Assembly: GCF_023055435.1 (NCBI RefSeq)
Contig: NW_025963924.1
Location: 11,904,001-11,968,000, forward strand
Direction of reading: 5' to 3'
Origin: Haliotis rufescens
Taxonomy: Eukaryota
Length of the DNA: 64,000 nt
The translations under genes and the position numbers were made by a program. Positions within the stretch are counted from its first letter, which is position 1; each line of letters begins with the position of its first letter. Shown one piece after another: positions 63,563 through 64,000 of this stretch. The notes under the pieces were generated by a model that worked only from the letters and a program-made list of their open reading frames with translations, did not search any database and was not told where the DNA came from.

Positions 63563-64000
63563 CATTATGATAACAACTATCATTACTAAGAAGCATCAAC
63601 AAAGGTCTCTCCTACAGACCCAGAAACAGAGCACAGGCAAATACTTCGTCTAATTGGTGGTCACTCTTTTGGTCAGTGGGGGACATTTACCTGCAGACAA
63701 AGTACCGTAAACTATACGGTGAAACTCTCATGCGTGACAGGCATTAAACAACAAATACTTGACTACACGAACAGTTTCTATGAAATTGTTCAATCTTCTT
63801 CAAATGTAAATGGTGGTTGTGCATTCTGCAGTGTATAGTTTGTAGAACTTGAGTGTTTCCATGTGCTCTGAGATAGGTAGAGAGTTGGGCCAGTAGAAAT
63901 TTGTCAGGATAAACACATTTTGTTGCGAGAACAAAGGCTAGGCTATTGTCTTGTCCTTTCTTCCCACAACCAAACATATATATCCCAACAAAACACCATC

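Overview
Repeat-rich, AT-rich eukaryotic DNA. It is probably from a marine gastropod such as abalone (Haliotis), inferred from the SINE families and not verified. There are no prokaryotic features, and the long ORFs in the ORF track are almost all minisatellite or retroelement artefacts. (1) About 2.8-50.9 kb: a minus-strand tandem cluster of up to seven decayed paralogs (P1-P7) of an unidentified, apparently secreted, amphipathic-helix-rich protein. Each has a signal-peptide exon plus two further exons with GT-AG boundaries, and all copies carry stops, frameshifts, truncations or TE insertions. Different copies have expanded different intronic minisatellites. (2) TEs: several tRNA-derived or related SINE families (many with TSDs); a young 5'-truncated RTEX-like LINE that splits a paralog exon; a 3'-truncated LINE whose ORF1 has a 2A-like DVELNPGP motif; Penelope-like, Tc1, Academ-like and L1/Tx1-like fragments; and hAT and Harbinger MITEs. 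(3) 54-63 kb: candidate exons of an unidentified minus-strand gene, with a 50-bp intronic inverted repeat covering one splice acceptor, and an assembly gap. All alignments and translations were done by eye, so boundaries of degenerate elements are approximate.
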